Positions 13,324-27,620 of a DNA stretch of 64,000 bases are shown in pieces (within the stretch, counting starts at the first letter, position 1; each line of letters starts with the position of its first letter). This DNA is from Eledone cirrhosa (lineage: Eukaryota): assembly GCA_964016885.1 (NCBI GenBank), contig OZ024740.1, positions 326,988,001-327,052,000 on the forward strand. Direction: 5' to 3'. A program made the translations under genes and the position numbers. The notes beneath the pieces were generated by a model, which saw only the letters and a list, made by a program, of their open reading frames with translations, searched no databases and was not told the DNA's origin.

Positions 13324-13331
<8 letters not shown>
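13054..13331. mobile_element. Inverted-repeat element (77 bp arms) with internal hammerhead
   Basis: Arms 13054-13130 and 13255-13331 are reverse complements; right end in (TA)n. Confidence 0.85.
13174..13210 (+). ncRNA. Minimal type I hammerhead
   Basis: gaac CTGAAGA t-tgc-gaaa-gca-t GAAA gttc TT gttc. Confidence 0.7.
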
Positions 13332-13380
<49 letters not shown>

Positions 13381-13410
13381 GAGTTAACGTTTAGTTAGTT
13401 TTTAATTAAT

Positions 13411-13440
13411 ACTAGACCACCCGTGACCCGGGTGACGTTC
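13411..13440 (-). mobile_element. Helitron-like 3' terminus
   Basis: Minus strand cccg-ggtca-cggg hairpin, then tggt, then CTAG followed by T. Confidence 0.45.
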
Positions 13441-13597
13441 ACTTCAAAATATTAAAAAAAATCATGTTCACTTAAAAATAATTTTTAAATAATTAAAATA
13501 TACACAGACATGTATATAATATGAAATGAAACTGGAAGGCCCATATACATACGCGTATGTATGAATCCGGTGATATCATCAGGTGATATATATATAT

Positions 13598-13757
<160 letters not shown>

Positions 13758-13950
13758 ATAAACCTTTCAAGGATTTACACAAATCCAGCCTCCTGTCATT
13801 TCATTATAATATTTAACCCCGTAATAGCACCACCAACTACAAAAACAAAGACGGTTGAACTGCTTTACGTTGAGTACTCTCTATATTATTACATTGCGAT
13901 TGACCATACGGAATTGACCAGCTCTATCCAGTGGTGAACCTCAAACCTGA

Positions 13951-13994
<44 letters not shown>

Positions 13995-14292
13995 TTGTAT
14001 ACATATATATGTATGTGTATGTGTATATATATATGTGGGTGTATGTGGTCTATATACACTTGTCATAGACACACACACATATATACACACACATATATAT
14101 ATATACACACACTCACATATATATATACACAACAATACCATCAGCTCTCTCTCTCTTCCACTCTCCTTCTCTGTCTCCTCTCCCTCTCTCTATATCCCTC
14201 TTTCAATCTACTCTCTTACAACCACTATCTCTTTCTCTCTATCCTTGTCTCTCTCTCTCTATATATATCTCTCTCTGTCTCTCTCTTTGTTA

Positions 14293-14487
14293 TGAAGGTA
14301 CCCGGAAAACCCCCATATCTCGGAAACCCGTGTTCCGATTTACGCGAAACTTGTTTTATTCCATTTCTATTCCCATTTCAGGGGCAACTTCCTTTCAAAG
14401 TATATTCCCATTATACGCCCTTTTGGCTGTATTGCATTACAGAGAAACAAGCAAGCAAGAAAGCAATAACAGAGTTTTAGTAGTATA
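14293..14487 (-). mobile_element. Possible Helitron-like non-autonomous fragment
   Basis: Minus strand starts tatactactaaaact then ttgc repeats; contains atatctcggaaacccgtgttccgattt..aaact motif similar to 53700-53735. Confidence 0.35.
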
Positions 14488-15187
14488 TTAAGAAAAAGAC
14501 AGAATATATTATATTTGTAATTATGTTATCAACTGCAGTAGAATAAACTCGAATATAGGTTGCGATTGAAAAGAACCTAAATATGAAAGGTACGATATCC
14601 CTTTTATATTGTTTGATGAACAAATGATCGTCAGTATGACTGTAGCTATTATACATCCATCCTTAATGCAATTAAATAGGATCGATGTATCTTTTTCTGT
14701 ATTTTATAATAGAACTCGTGAGATGACTACTTAACCACATATAGTAACTAGGAAGACTGGTTGTTATTTGTTTCAACTGAGTGATCTTATAAACCATGTT
14801 CGATATATGCTTGAAAGTAGATCAATCAAACGTTTGCACTGAAGTCAAGAAGCACAGATGATTGAAATTGCTTGGAATATATATTGTAAGAATTTGAAGT
14901 GGTAGCATTTTGAAAACTACCCTGAGATTGACAACAGTTGTGAAAATAGAAATAAATGTGGATAATTGAAAACAAATCAGCTTGAGAGGTGGTCGATGAT
15001 CATTAAATAACTACAAGATGAATGGATGTCATGGAGAGTAACAGTGACTCAGGCTAGAAAATAATAATTGTAAAGGAAAAAGTGTAGAAGCTTCATAAAT
15101 TGTTTTCAAATGGCGAGTACACACACACCGTCAATTATACATTATATTTATATAAGCATAAAGCATACATTATATATATATATATGT

Positions 15188-15380
15188 AGGGCAGTGAATT
15201 GGCAGTATCGGTAGAGGGTTGGACGCCATGCTTTGATGTATAGAGTTACGGCCCTTGCCATTCTCAGTTCAAATCCCGCCTAGGTTAACTTTGCCTTTCA
15301 CCCTTACGGGGTCGATAGAATAAAGTACCAGTAATGCACTGGGATAATTGCTGGCCTTGTGCCAAAAGTAGAAACAATTA
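15188..15380 (+). mobile_element. Full-length tRNA-derived SINE
   Basis: A-box tggcagtatcggtag, B-box gttcaaatcc, body matches 38513-38702. Confidence 0.88.
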
Positions 15381-15395
15381 TATATATATGTATAT

Positions 15396-15454
<59 letters not shown>

Positions 15455-16898
15455 GGGCGGGAGAGAGAGAGAAGGAGAAAATAGGAGTGATAGAGATAGC
15501 ACGTGTATGGAGTGAAGTGGGCAGGGAGTATTAGTTGTTGATACTGGACAGCTGGGGTTTAAGAAAAAGGTAGAGACAGAGAGTAGGGCCAAAAATCAAG
15601 GAATCAAGGCATCTATTTGCAGTGAAAGCAAGGAAGTGTCTAGATTAAAGAGGAGGAGTGTTTATTTGTGAGAGGCGATTTTAGCAGAGATGTAGGAAAG
15701 TAAAACGCCAGGTTAAGGATGTGTTCATAGAAACGGTCATCTAGACAAACTCCAGTTTCTCCCAAGTATAGAGGCTTTCAGAGTTTTCATGCGATAGAGT
15801 TAGTCATATTTAGCCTTAAGTCAAATTTGCTCTAAGTAACCTATGATCAAAGATGACTATCCTCTTTTTGTGTAGATCAGGAATTACAGTGTTCAATATA
15901 TCCTCTATTTAAAACATTAGGATGTAATATGGGAGACATTTGACTGCTATTCTTAACAGTTTGAGTGACCTCAAATATGTCACGGTAAATTTGGATGTTG
16001 AAGATACAAAGTAGCCGGGAACTTAGATTTCGACATGGTAGCCAGTTATGAGAGCACTGTTGGAGATGAATAAAAAAGCATGTAATCATGAGCGAGAGCA
16101 CATTGAAGTGCTGTATTGTGTACTACAGGGTTTTAGTAGAACACATTTGAAACAAGATATGGAGCAGAAAATCTTAAAACTTGTAACCAACCAATCAAAA
16201 TATATCTTTCTTGAATATTTGACTCCTGACATTCATTTATCAATTCTCGGTCAACGAATGTCTGATATGCTAAATATTGTAATGGTATTTCAAAATGTAA
16301 TTCACATTCACCCTGGGGATACAAAGCTTGATGAGATTGTTACAATGAATAAAAATAAAAATGAGAATACCATTAATGGAAATTATATCTTCTTTCTCGA
16401 ACAACTAAAATCGTAAATTCAAAACAACCGCCATACATCAATGGCGACATTCACCGTTGTACCTATCTATCCTCACTATCCTATGAAGTGAACAACTGTA
16501 AGTAAATTCAATAGTGTTTGTATCTCGAATCTGAGTCGTAATGTTGACATTCGGCTTCATTTCTTGATTTTACATTCTAAAAAAATATAATGATAAAATG
16601 CATAATAATTTCAATGTCGTCTGTCACCATATCTTGTTTCAAACTGCTTTTACTATATAAAATAAAGGGAAAAATATACTAAATGGCATACATATCAGTA
16701 ATGTATTTTTATCCTGTCTTCGGAAAGAAGATTTGACTGGACTAACCTATTAGAACATACAGACAGACACAGAAAAATAGTATATATATATATATATATA
16801 TATATACACGCACATCGTGAGGAGATAGAGATGATAGAAGGTGTGAGAGAATACGTACATATATATGTATGTATGTATGTATGTATTCTCTCTCCCCC

Positions 16899-16968
<70 letters not shown>

Positions 16969-18014
16969 TATATATATATATATATAAACATGTATACATA
17001 TGGGGAAGAGAAAGAGGGAAACTATATATGAACTAGACCAAATGTTTTCATCTTATATAATCATCAAAAATGTTGGATCAATGTTAAATATTTTTGATTT
17101 CAGACAATCATTATTTTTTCAATTGGAGATTTCTCGAATAATAGAATATTGATTTGATATTGAGACATAAAGAGACGTTAATAGGAAATGGGCCAATCAG
17201 ATTGTATTTTTAGCCATATTCTTTTCAATGGTATTAGTGACGAAAATGAAGGGAATTGACTGCATTAATGATTCGAAACCGGGTGACTGTGAGGTCACCT
17301 AATGCTCTGCTGCAATCATTATCCCAAATAAGGAAATAAATTATATAATATTAAAACATGATTTGTTTCTCGTGAATTGTCATAGTTTCGTTGCGAATTT
17401 AAAACAATGGAATATAATAACACTATATGGTACAAAGGGCGGGAAATATGAATGGTTTTGAAACTCATACTTTTCTTAAATTCATTAGTTGCACAAGTAA
17501 AAGGAGATAGCTACAAAGAATCTAAACAGTCACATATTTATCTCCCCGGGAGATGCTAAACCTCATTGCTAACGTAATAGAACAGACCAAATCTGCAAAT
17601 TCAATAAATGTAGAGAATGCTGAGATGAGTGGACAGATGCATAGAAAGCTGTATTGTGAAATGAATCCATCCGGAACATTATTTGAACTGGTGTTATGGA
17701 ACATAGAAAGTACACACGTATCGAAAGCTCTCCCAGCTTTCGATATTCTTTACCAAACTCCACTACATTACACTTAACACACACACACACACACACACAC
17801 ATATAGACATATATATATAGAGATACATACACATATATGTATATATACATGCGCAAGAAATCTCTCTCCCGCCCCCTCTCTCTCTATATATATACATATA
17901 TATGTCTAGCCACACATCTGTCCGTGTTTGTTTATAAGCACATGATAGTCTAATTGAAAACAATCTTATATATAGTGTGCAGCATCGTAGTATTGGAAGT
18001 CTTTCTGTGTTATA

Positions 18015-18210
18015 GTTGTTGATGTTTAGCTCTAAGTTTTGTTCTGAGCAAGCAGATTCAGGTCTAAGGCATTCGAGCTGTGATCATGTCGTTTAGTTTC
18101 TAGAGATTGCGTCTAGAACTTAAAACTTTACTATTCAATGATCTTTCCTATCGCTTTTAAAATAGACATTCGTAAGGTATTTGGGGGAGATTTGGCTGCT
18201 ATTTCTAGCA
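18015..18210 (-). mobile_element. Second SINE family with (AAC)n tail, decayed
   Basis: ggagatttggctgctatttctagca and ttgttgatgtttagc ends; related copies near 9735, 15810, 23360, 26480, 35860, 39090, 44290, 63650 and 63945. Confidence 0.6.
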
Positions 18211-19378
18211 TGATATTTCATTGATTCGTTTTCGGAAATTTGAATTGGAAATTAATGTCCACAATTGTGTTTTAATGTCCACAATGGTGTTTTATTGTTT
18301 TATTAATTATGAACAGTTATATTTTCTCACATTAGCAGAATTTTAGGGAAGGATTTATTGTCTTCCAGTACTTGACAAATACTTTATTGGTCGTGGAAGT
18401 ATGAAAAAAGAAGTCGATCTCGGTGTGATTTGAAACAAAAAACGCAAAGGGACTTGACTAAATATCTCAATAATTACTGTTACTATCTCTACACCGATCT
18501 GTTGAATTGTTAACATAATACAGCTTAGAGAAACCGACTAGAAAAATATTAAAATGTTCCTAAAACAGAGAGCAAATAATTAATATCGAAGAAGGCAAGA
18601 AGAAAAAAGGGAGATGAGAAGAAATGACGGAGAGAATAGAGAGAAAAATAAGAAAGATACATTTTGAATAAAGACTGAAAGTAGGAGGAAAAGTTATAAA
18701 AGGAGTTAGAAATGAATAAAAACATTTTATTTTTTACTTTCTCAAAACAACAAAAAACGATAGAAAAATAAAGAAGAAAAAAGGAGAGAAGTCAATTGAG
18801 AGAAATATAGAAATGAAGGCTAGAAGAAGAGAAGGGAAAGGGTAAGTGAAAAGAAAGAATAATTGAAAAAAAGAAGACAGGAAGAAAATAGAAATAGAGA
18901 AATATGATGCATAAAAATTGAATACATTAATGAAAAAATAATAAAGTATATGAAAGATAAGAGATAACATTTTACAAATGACTATTAAAAACAGATTGAG
19001 TAGCAAGGGGAAAAAAGTCGTAATTTTTCGTTTTATATGAAAAGAAAATATTATAGTGAAAAAGCGCAAGGAAGCAGCTTGAAAAGAATTAAAAATCTGT
19101 GGTAAAAGGAATTAATCGAAGAGAGTGAGGAAGAAAAAACAACAAATAAAACAAAAAACAACGACAAAAAACAACAAAAAAACACATACACACATCTCTA
19201 TTAGATGCGATGTACGTTTGTTCTTTTGGATAGCCTGGTTAATATAATCTCTGGCAACATTTCAGCTTCCCTTATTATCTTTGACTTTTTACCCACCACA
19301 TATCATTGAGAGTTAAAGAAAAAAAAATAGGGTTTCCGATCAAATACACACATTGCATTGACGTTGACTCTTTTCTAA

Positions 19379-19434
<56 letters not shown>

Positions 19435-19453
19435 AACATATGTATGTGTGTAT

Positions 19454-19503
<50 letters not shown>

Positions 19504-20177
19504 ATATATGTGTATGTGTGTGTATGCGTATACACACACACACGCACACACACACATATATGTATATATACATGCAGCATATATACGTATGTATATATAT
19601 ATATATATTCCTTTTATGTGCTTTCCCGTAATATTCGTTTGATCCTTTCCAGAATTTTTATGGAATAGCTTGTAATATTTATCCGGATACGACAAAAAAA
19701 CTATTATAACTCTCCAAACATATGAGTTACCGTAAAAAATATTGTCTCAAACAATATCAGTTCTATTATAAAAGGCACAAACTAAAAATATAATGTTACT
19801 TGTATCGGACAGAAACTTATTGTTTATCTTTCTTGAATATTTTGTCAGTTTCTTGAATATTTTGTTCTGAGGAACACTGGAGTGTTTTCTAGATTGGGAA
19901 TTGTGAATTCATTCGACAACACTCTCAGTTTGAATGGTACAACTGTTTTGGGCTAATATTTACTGAGTAGGGCCACGTATTGGGAGAAATATTAGAACGT
20001 CGAACAAATTACTTTTCGATGTTTAGTTATAACTATTTACGTTCTGATTTGATTTTTGTCTTTCTCAGTTCGATAAACGAAGGACCAGTCAAGTATTAAG
20101 GGATGGTGTGTAGTCAATAAAATTGACTATGTCCATCTCCCATATTTGAACCTGTTTCTGTTATCAATATTTCCTGA

Positions 20178-20370
20178 GAGCGTCGGACAACATGTTTTAT
20201 GACATAGAGTTACGGCCCTTTACTATCTGAGTTCAAATCCTGCCAAGGTTAACTTTGCCTTTCATCCTTACGGGGTCGATAAAATATAGTACCAGTAATG
20301 TATTGAGGTCGATTTAATCGACTTTTCCCTTCCCTAAAATTGTTGGCCTTATGCCTAAATCAGCAGCCAA
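20178..20370 (+). mobile_element. tRNA-derived SINE
   Basis: gagttcaaatcctgccaaggttaactttgcctttcatccttacggggtcgataaa. Confidence 0.85.
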
Positions 20371-20962
20371 TATTTACTGAGAATATACGGTCTGAGAAAT
20401 TCAAGGAATTCAAGTGGGTGCAATTCTATGTCAAAATATTTGTGATGAAAAATATGATATGGGGTGTACACCCCCACTCTTTCTCTATTATTTAACAATG
20501 TTTCTCTAAATGTAACCAAAGTCCATGTAGATCTAACGAGTGTATTTTCTTAATATAATTCAGTAATTTCTGGCAAAGATATGTGCAAACATATGCAACA
20601 TCGAGAATAGATCTATCACAAACATGTACACCGATTTCTATAATTGGCAGAATATTGTACTATAGGGCACAACTCAGCAGCTGGGCGTGTACTATGACGT
20701 ATAAATGAATACATAGTCTTATAGTGTCAAACATCGTTCAGTAATATATCGCATTAGTACATAAGCCCGTACATATCAGTACATAGTCCTGTAATATCAG
20801 GAATAGTTCAATACTTAGGCATGTACTATTAAGCATAGTTCAGAAACGCAAAGCATAGGTATTCAAATACGGTGATACATATTGCCTTTAAACCTAGATC
20901 CCTGTAGTAAACTATTTCATCTTTAAACAGGGAAATCAGGATTTATATACAACTTATCAATA

Positions 20963-21330
20963 TGTATCTTCTGCTTTCAGCAGGTTGGAAATCATGAATC
21001 GCCATCTTGGTCTTTCTTCTGTTGTTCTTATACATCCACAGTATTTAAAGCTAGTCCAGATCTTGACATTATCAATCCACGCAATTCTTGGTTTTCGTCT
21101 TCTCTTCTCATTCAATTTGCTTTTTATTATCAGTCTCTGTAAATAGACTTTTATTTTCTAATTAAATGTCGAAAATATTTCAGATTTTTCTCTTTGATAA
21201 TGTCTAATAAAACTTTGATAGTCTTTGACATTTTTAGTACTTCATCTTTTGTTTTATGTTCTCTTCGTGGTATTCTCAAAAGTTTTCTGTATATCTTCAC
21301 CTCAAATGTTTTTAATCTATTTCATAGTAT
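20963..21330 (-). mobile_element. RTE-clade LINE 3' remnant
   Basis: Minus strand NRLKTFEVKIYRKLLRIP..KTKDEVLK..LLDIIKEKNLKYFRHLIRK..RRRKPRIAWIDNVKIWT..RPRWRFMISNL. Confidence 0.75.
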
Positions 21331-21751
21331 ATTCGATAAGCGACGTAAGAGAATTGAAATATGTTCAATCGAAAATAGAAACCATGTAACGGATTTGATT
21401 CAAAAGAAGAGATGTTCACCCATAAATATTGGACGTTCATTGCATAGTGATCTATAACAGTATCTATATCAATCTATGACTGTCTATACCGATGTATATA
21501 AACAATATGATCGAATCAATTATAAATTGGAACCCTGGTTTGTAAGGAGACAGGAGAATAGTCAAAAGACACGACACTTTGTAATTAAGTCAATTCTTTT
21601 ATCGACCTCAGAGATGCACTAAGAATGAGATTTGGACAGATAGAATAAAAATAAAAATAGAACCCAGAAAACTAGTCCGGTTCTAGAAACAATTAAACCA
21701 GCTCTGACACAGACAAATTAAAAACTAATCATAGACATATAATTAGTTTAT

Positions 21752-21816
<65 letters not shown>

Positions 21817-21989
21817 CAGTACTGGATTTACCATTGTGTTTAGGTGTGCTTAAGCACAGGGTCCCGTTGACCCGGGTGGGCCATCTTCCTGCCCAAGAAA
21901 TGTTTTACCGGGCCTACTTCCTCGAGGGCCCAAATAAGGGGCCTCATATCAACCAGAACAGGGCCTGATTAGTCCTAAACCCGGCACTT
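21817..21989. mobile_element. hAT-like MITE in (TA)n
   Basis: Imperfect TIRs cagtactggattta / taaacccggcactt with GC-rich gggcc interior. Confidence 0.55.
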
Positions 21990-22001
21990 TATATATACAT
22001 A

Positions 22002-22069
<68 letters not shown>

Positions 22070-22237
22070 CATATATATATATATAGAGAGATTTTGAGTT
22101 TATGTTGGTTGTATACCAACACCTCAGTATGCAGGCTGGAACACTCGACGAAGTGCGCAGGTTGGTTTGGTTACTCCGGAGTAGTGTAAAATAAAGTTAA
22201 ATAAAAGTCAAAGGATTAAAATTTAGCTTCGTTTATT

Positions 22238-22292
22238 ACTGCTATATATATTTCAGTGACAGCCATCTTTGGCTGTGACCTCTTCAGGCAGT
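22238..22292 (-). ncRNA. Type I hammerhead
   Basis: actgc CTGAAGA ggtc-acagcca-aaga-tggctgt-cact GAAA tatata TA gcagt. Confidence 0.85.
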
Positions 22293-22813
22293 TTGAATTA
22301 GTATGGTATAGACAAGTACATATGTTGTTTAGGTGTATATACTTCTAAATTGTTAGCAGCAGCAAGATATAAGCTGACCACAACACCAACAACACTACCA
22401 AAATAATGGTAGAGGTCAAATGTACTGAACAATAGCAAGCAAAAACACTACAGGGAGCCTCACCCCAGAAAGAATTCTATAGACTTCTGACTGAGGAATG
22501 CTCTCAGAACTAACCAATGGGAAGTTTGACACTTTCTTTGTTATTTTGTCCCTTTAACACCTTGTCCCTTCTACCATTTTATCAATTTTTTAAGCTAACT
22601 CCAACAATAACAACACTTATAATGAGGAATGTTCTAATAACTGACCAATGAGAGGAGAAGAGGACCTTTGACACTGAAATTCGTTTGTTTGAATTCATAT
22701 GACTCCAGTTCCTCAGTGAAATAACAACCCAACAAGGAACTGGGCATATCAGAGTATTGACAATATTATACACCTAAACAACATATGTACTTGTCTATAC
22801 CATACTAATTCAA

Positions 22814-22868
22814 ACTTCCTGAAGAGGTCACAGCCAAAGATGGCTGTCACTGAAATATATATAGCAGT
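22814..22868 (+). ncRNA. Type I hammerhead (one stem I mismatch)
   Basis: acttc CTGAAGA ggtcacagccaaagatggctgtcact GAAA tatata TA gcagt. Confidence 0.78.
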
Positions 22869-22925
22869 AATAAACGAAGGTAAATTTTAATCATTTGACT
22901 TTTATTTAACTTTATTTTATATATA

Positions 22926-22987
<62 letters not shown>

Positions 22988-24336
22988 TTTTAATTTGGCT
23001 TATTCCCCTTCTATATAAATTGTGGAGCTAAGATTGCATGGTGTTCAAACTTTGTTAAATGGTATTCGAGGCGGAATTAATATAAATTCGCTCTAACTGG
23101 AAAATGAAACTGATTCACAGAACTGTTCACAGGGAGCTTGGCGTCCTTTTATCCAGAGTGCCCTCACCCAACTTCCTGTAATAGATCGTAAGGTTCAATT
23201 CTGGATACAAAGTAAGAATTACCATGATCGGTTTGATAATTCTTGCTCACTAATTTAAGAAGTTTGATTAAAAACTACTAGCGTCTGATGAAGCAAACAA
23301 ATTAAAAATCACACAAAAAACACAATAAACAAAGATCAATACAGTAAATGAAGGTGTAACTATGTGGTCAGGGAACCTACTAGAAATAGAATCCAAATCG
23401 CTCTAAAATCACATAGCTTCGTTTCAAATAAGTAAAATTTATACGAGATAATCTAATTCTATATATCCTTAAAAAGGCAGAAACTTCGACGCTGAAATGT
23501 TTTGATCTTAGTCCAACTCAACCAGAGTAGTTTTGGGGTTAAATAACAATTACAACAATAACATGGATATTCAACACTCAACTAGATATGTCAGACATCA
23601 CTACTTCTGAAGGTACACACATGTTTTCTCATTGAGGTAATATAGTAAAATAAAAACTAAATCCATTCGTGATGACGAAAACACAATTATTGTGAATGAT
23701 TTTGATTTTACTAAACAATTTAAAATCCGTTAAATGTTTCAGCATTTCTGTTTTAAACATCAATAAAAATCTGAAACACTTTAAATAGATACGAAACATA
23801 GTATGTGTTTCCAAAATGTAAAGAAGTCAACCAATGCAGTAGCTTTAATTAATTTCACAAGGTAACATCATATTACTATGTTTGAAACTGAACAGGTTTC
23901 TAATGAGTGTATCGATCTTTTGATGAGGTGCAAAGCTCTAATTTGATTCTTGACGCACCAATGAATACATTCAATTAATTAGATTCAGAAGCAAAGTCAC
24001 AATTTTAAAACGAGACATAAAACTTCAAGTGATGTCCAATTAAACAATTATATTTATCAAATGCCATTCCTGCCATAATATAAGATACAAATTATTTATA
24101 GCTTCTGAGTAAAATTATGAGAGCGACAAATTGTCTGACAGAGGATATCATAGGAAGCATTGGTGGTTTCTACTATGTTCGTAGCAAGGTCATTTCATTT
24201 TCAAATGTCCAAATTCTGCTTCTTCTAAAAGGTTACCAGTAGTGAATTGTAGAATTCACCGTTGTAAGCAGTGACAACACTATTGTAAGCAGCGAGTGTT
24301 TCATTAGTATATATTTCTACTTTAGATTTAGATTAG

Positions 24337-24515
24337 CAGACCTGTCAACTCTCTCCGTCCGACGGGGAGATCTCCCACCCCTTTTGAGGTGGGTGAGAGA
24401 TGTCTTTTCTAGTGAAAATAGGTATAGCTTTCATTATGTAAAATCTCCCCATCTTGTCTCATTTTCCCCATGTTTCATAGTACTCCTCGTTTGGACTTTT
24501 AGAGGTTGGCAGGTT
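24337..24515. mobile_element. hAT-like MITE with 8-bp TSD
   Basis: TIRs acctgtcaactct / agaggttggcaggt; tagattag at 24329-36 and 24516-23. Confidence 0.7.
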
Positions 24516-25430
24516 TAGATTAGGGATGTAGGGATGTGTGGACTCAATCAGGATGACTTGTCTTAGCTACTCAGGAAGAACGTAAATTTTCAATAGTGAT
24601 TGTATCAGTTAATTAATCTGGGACGAATCTGATAATATCTGAAATAAAACCTAAATTTCTTCCCAGAATATATTTTATCATATCTTTATGACGCAAATAA
24701 AACTGTTGTTATTGTACGTTCAGATTTCCATTTTAAAATTAATGCGCCTGAGATATTGTGATATTCAAAATGATTGTGTCTGGCATGTGATGATATTTAT
24801 GTAAAGGGTATAGGTGATGCAAGAGGTGTGAAACATTTCTAAAACAGAACTAAAAACGCATGAGGCACTAAAATTGCGGATACAAGAGCTTAACAGGCTG
24901 TACAGCATTTGTATTTTATAAATAGAACGATTTTGAACGTGAGTATATGTACTTATATCTCAAGGGAACGCGAAAACTGAACTTATAACGTTCATGTCTT
25001 AGCAAGGAAAATTAATTATGTAAGTTACATCCTAGGGTCCAAACCGAGCTGTGGACACGGTTCACTGAAAGCTTATCGTTACTCTGTGGTACAAATCTTT
25101 GCCAAGAAAATAACATCGATATTTTGGTTAGGAATGGTATCAATTTTGTTGGGTAGACACATCGACGAGTGAATCGATTCTAATATGTTATATGTATTGT
25201 ACATGTTCCATAGAACCTAGAGGTGTGAGATGTAACAACCACATAAACAGGATTTGAATTCAAAGCCAATCTGGGATGAAACAACTCACGGAAAAACATC
25301 TATTCCAGCGATCTAATGTTTCTGCCAAAGTGGTGGCATTGCCAAGTAATTTTTATCAGGAAACATGCATGATCGTTGTAAATGTATAAATATTTCCAGA
25401 ATATTCTGCAGTAACTATGTGCTAATGTAT

Positions 25431-25563
<133 letters not shown>

Positions 25564-27073
25564 AAGTTATTTATGTGTCTCTAATTTAGTCAGACATCTT
25601 AATGAAAGGATAAAATATCAACTCAGAGAAACATTTAAACATATTTAACGTAAGCCAAAATCTTGAATGGACTGGGTGGTGGCATCATATGAGTGAAACT
25701 GACTTATTTTAGTTTGTCTAACTTATATCCCCCCAATCGAGTAAAGAAGAGAGAGAATGATAGAGAGCAAATGAGGAAGAAACATAAAAGATGAATCGAT
25801 TACGATAAAAAGAAATGTACTGGACTAGTACATTTATTTTTATCGTAATCGAAAGGACGAAAGGCAAAGCTGAAATCGGTGGGATTTGAACTCACAGCAC
25901 AAAGAGCCGGAACGTATACCACGAAGCATTCTATCTAACGCTCTAACTCTGTAAATTCGTTGCCTAAATATATATATATTTGGCCATTTGCCCAAAGGTA
26001 ATTATATGTTTCTATCTGTCACATTTCAGACACTATCTATCCCACCTTTGTTTTCATATACAGTATATTTAGAATCACAGTATCCAATTGATGTCACAGT
26101 ATCCAATTGATGTTTCCTTTTTTAAGTTGGTATAATTTCAGATCTGGTTTACTTTTAGGTGCTCGTGTGTCTTTAAGTGTTTCTAATGTGATACTCCAGA
26201 AGCCCTTTTAACTACAACATTGTCAGCTTTCAGAATTTCTCATAACTTCAAATATATTTAGTAGACAATGTAGGTCTATATTACTAAAATGGAGTTCGTG
26301 ACTTCGATAATTTGAGGCAAAAATGCTGAACTGATTTGTTTGCTTTCTATCGGGTGAATGATTCCGCTTGTCACTCACGGCATACAGTTTTATCTAAATT
26401 AATCAACTTCCCTGTATAATCATTACAACTTTCTCTCCAGCTGAATATTTAATACAGTTGGGTCCTCCGGGTAGGAGGTCAACCAACTCGCTAACAGGTT
26501 AACAGTGTTGCTCGATATCAAAAAACCACATACTCTTAAAAATAAACAAACAAACATTAAACGACTGTGGTAAGTTACAACGAGAATACATTTTGATCAT
26601 CAGCTTGCTAGCTCAGAGCTAACCAGAGGGTAAACAACAAAAGCAGCAATAACAACATTCATTATCGTCTCAAACCTATATAATTTTCGGCATATAACAA
26701 TCGCATCTCATTTTCATACAAGAAAAACGCTATGAGCAGTTTAGCGTTCATATCAATCTTCTATAGATATCTTCTCTATATGACTTAAAGTGTTGTCTGG
26801 AATCTTACAAGGGGTAAGGGGGGATTAAATCAATACTAAAATCATTTGATTGTCTTGATTAGTACAAAAATAAACAAGAAAAAAAGCGTATATACTTTTT
26901 CCTTCCAGTCTTTTGTTTGTAACAAAATTTCAACTCAAGAATTAAGGTCAATTAGAATTTTCAAAAGTTTGTTTTCTCAGTTCTTACTCTATAAAAACGG
27001 CTTCGAAAAAACATGTTAAAAATTGAATTTGCTTCCAGCCAACTGATTATCATTAACGTTCTCTCTCCCCCTA

Positions 27074-27130
<57 letters not shown>

Positions 27131-27131
27131 T

Positions 27132-27188
<57 letters not shown>

Positions 27189-27240
27189 GTATATATATAT
27201 ATATATGTATGTTTGTTTATATATATATATAGAGATATTA

Positions 27241-27370
27241 ATTTTATTAAGGTCGAATAGAGAGTCTTGTTACTCTGAAGTTTCACATGCTTCTTATAGG
27301 GTCATCAGACAAGTTCTTGCCTGATGACCCTGTGAGAAACAAGACTCGTTACTTACCCATAATAAAATGA
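27241..27370. mobile_element. Foldback pair of hammerhead repeats, one with full core and one internally deleted
   Basis: Centre gtcatcagacaag-tt-cttgcctgatgac; both arms run out to aataaaat. Confidence 0.7.
27266..27313 (-). ncRNA. Type I hammerhead
   Basis: cttgt CTGATGA ccctataagaagcatgt GAAA ct-tcag-ag TA acaag; stem II weak. Confidence 0.65.
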
Positions 27371-27392
27371 ATTTTTAAACTCTACTTCGGTA

Positions 27393-27620
27393 TTGAGGTT
27401 AGCTGGACATGCTCACCGACATCCAGAGTTGACATTGCACTCAGTGCTCCTGTGGGAGCCTCTACATGGATACGGTGGAAGAGGAAGACCAAGATTAACG
27501 TATGTTGATGCCCTAAGGACAGATACTGGTCTGTTGGAGACGCAGGACATGGCAGCGATAATGAAGGACAGAGACCGCTGGAGAGAACTCGTCCATGGAT
27601 CTCTGGAATTTTACCCGCCC
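27393..27620 (+). mobile_element. RTE/RTE-X LINE C-terminal fragment
   Basis: RLAGHAHRHPE..VLLWEPLHG.GGRGRPRLTYVDALRTDTG..MKDRDRWR. Confidence 0.85.

Larger units (their letters stand above)
22085..22919. mobile_element. PLE-type element: inverted hammerhead repeats, ~430 bp spacer, one-sided tail
   Basis: Arms 22187-22339 and 22767-22919; tail 22085-22186 matches reverse complement of 33152-33238; (TA)n flanks. Confidence 0.85.

Noticed and set aside
15500-15770. CR1/L2-like remnant (also 290-560 and 39350-39750)
   Set aside because: Composition suggestive but no motif clear enough to call
16048-16416. 122-aa ORF
   Set aside because: No recognisable motif or splice context
17553-17777. 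74-aa ORF
   Set aside because: No recognisable homology
25797-25850. Hairpin as a separate element
   Set aside because: Short inverted duplication of the adjacent decayed SINE end
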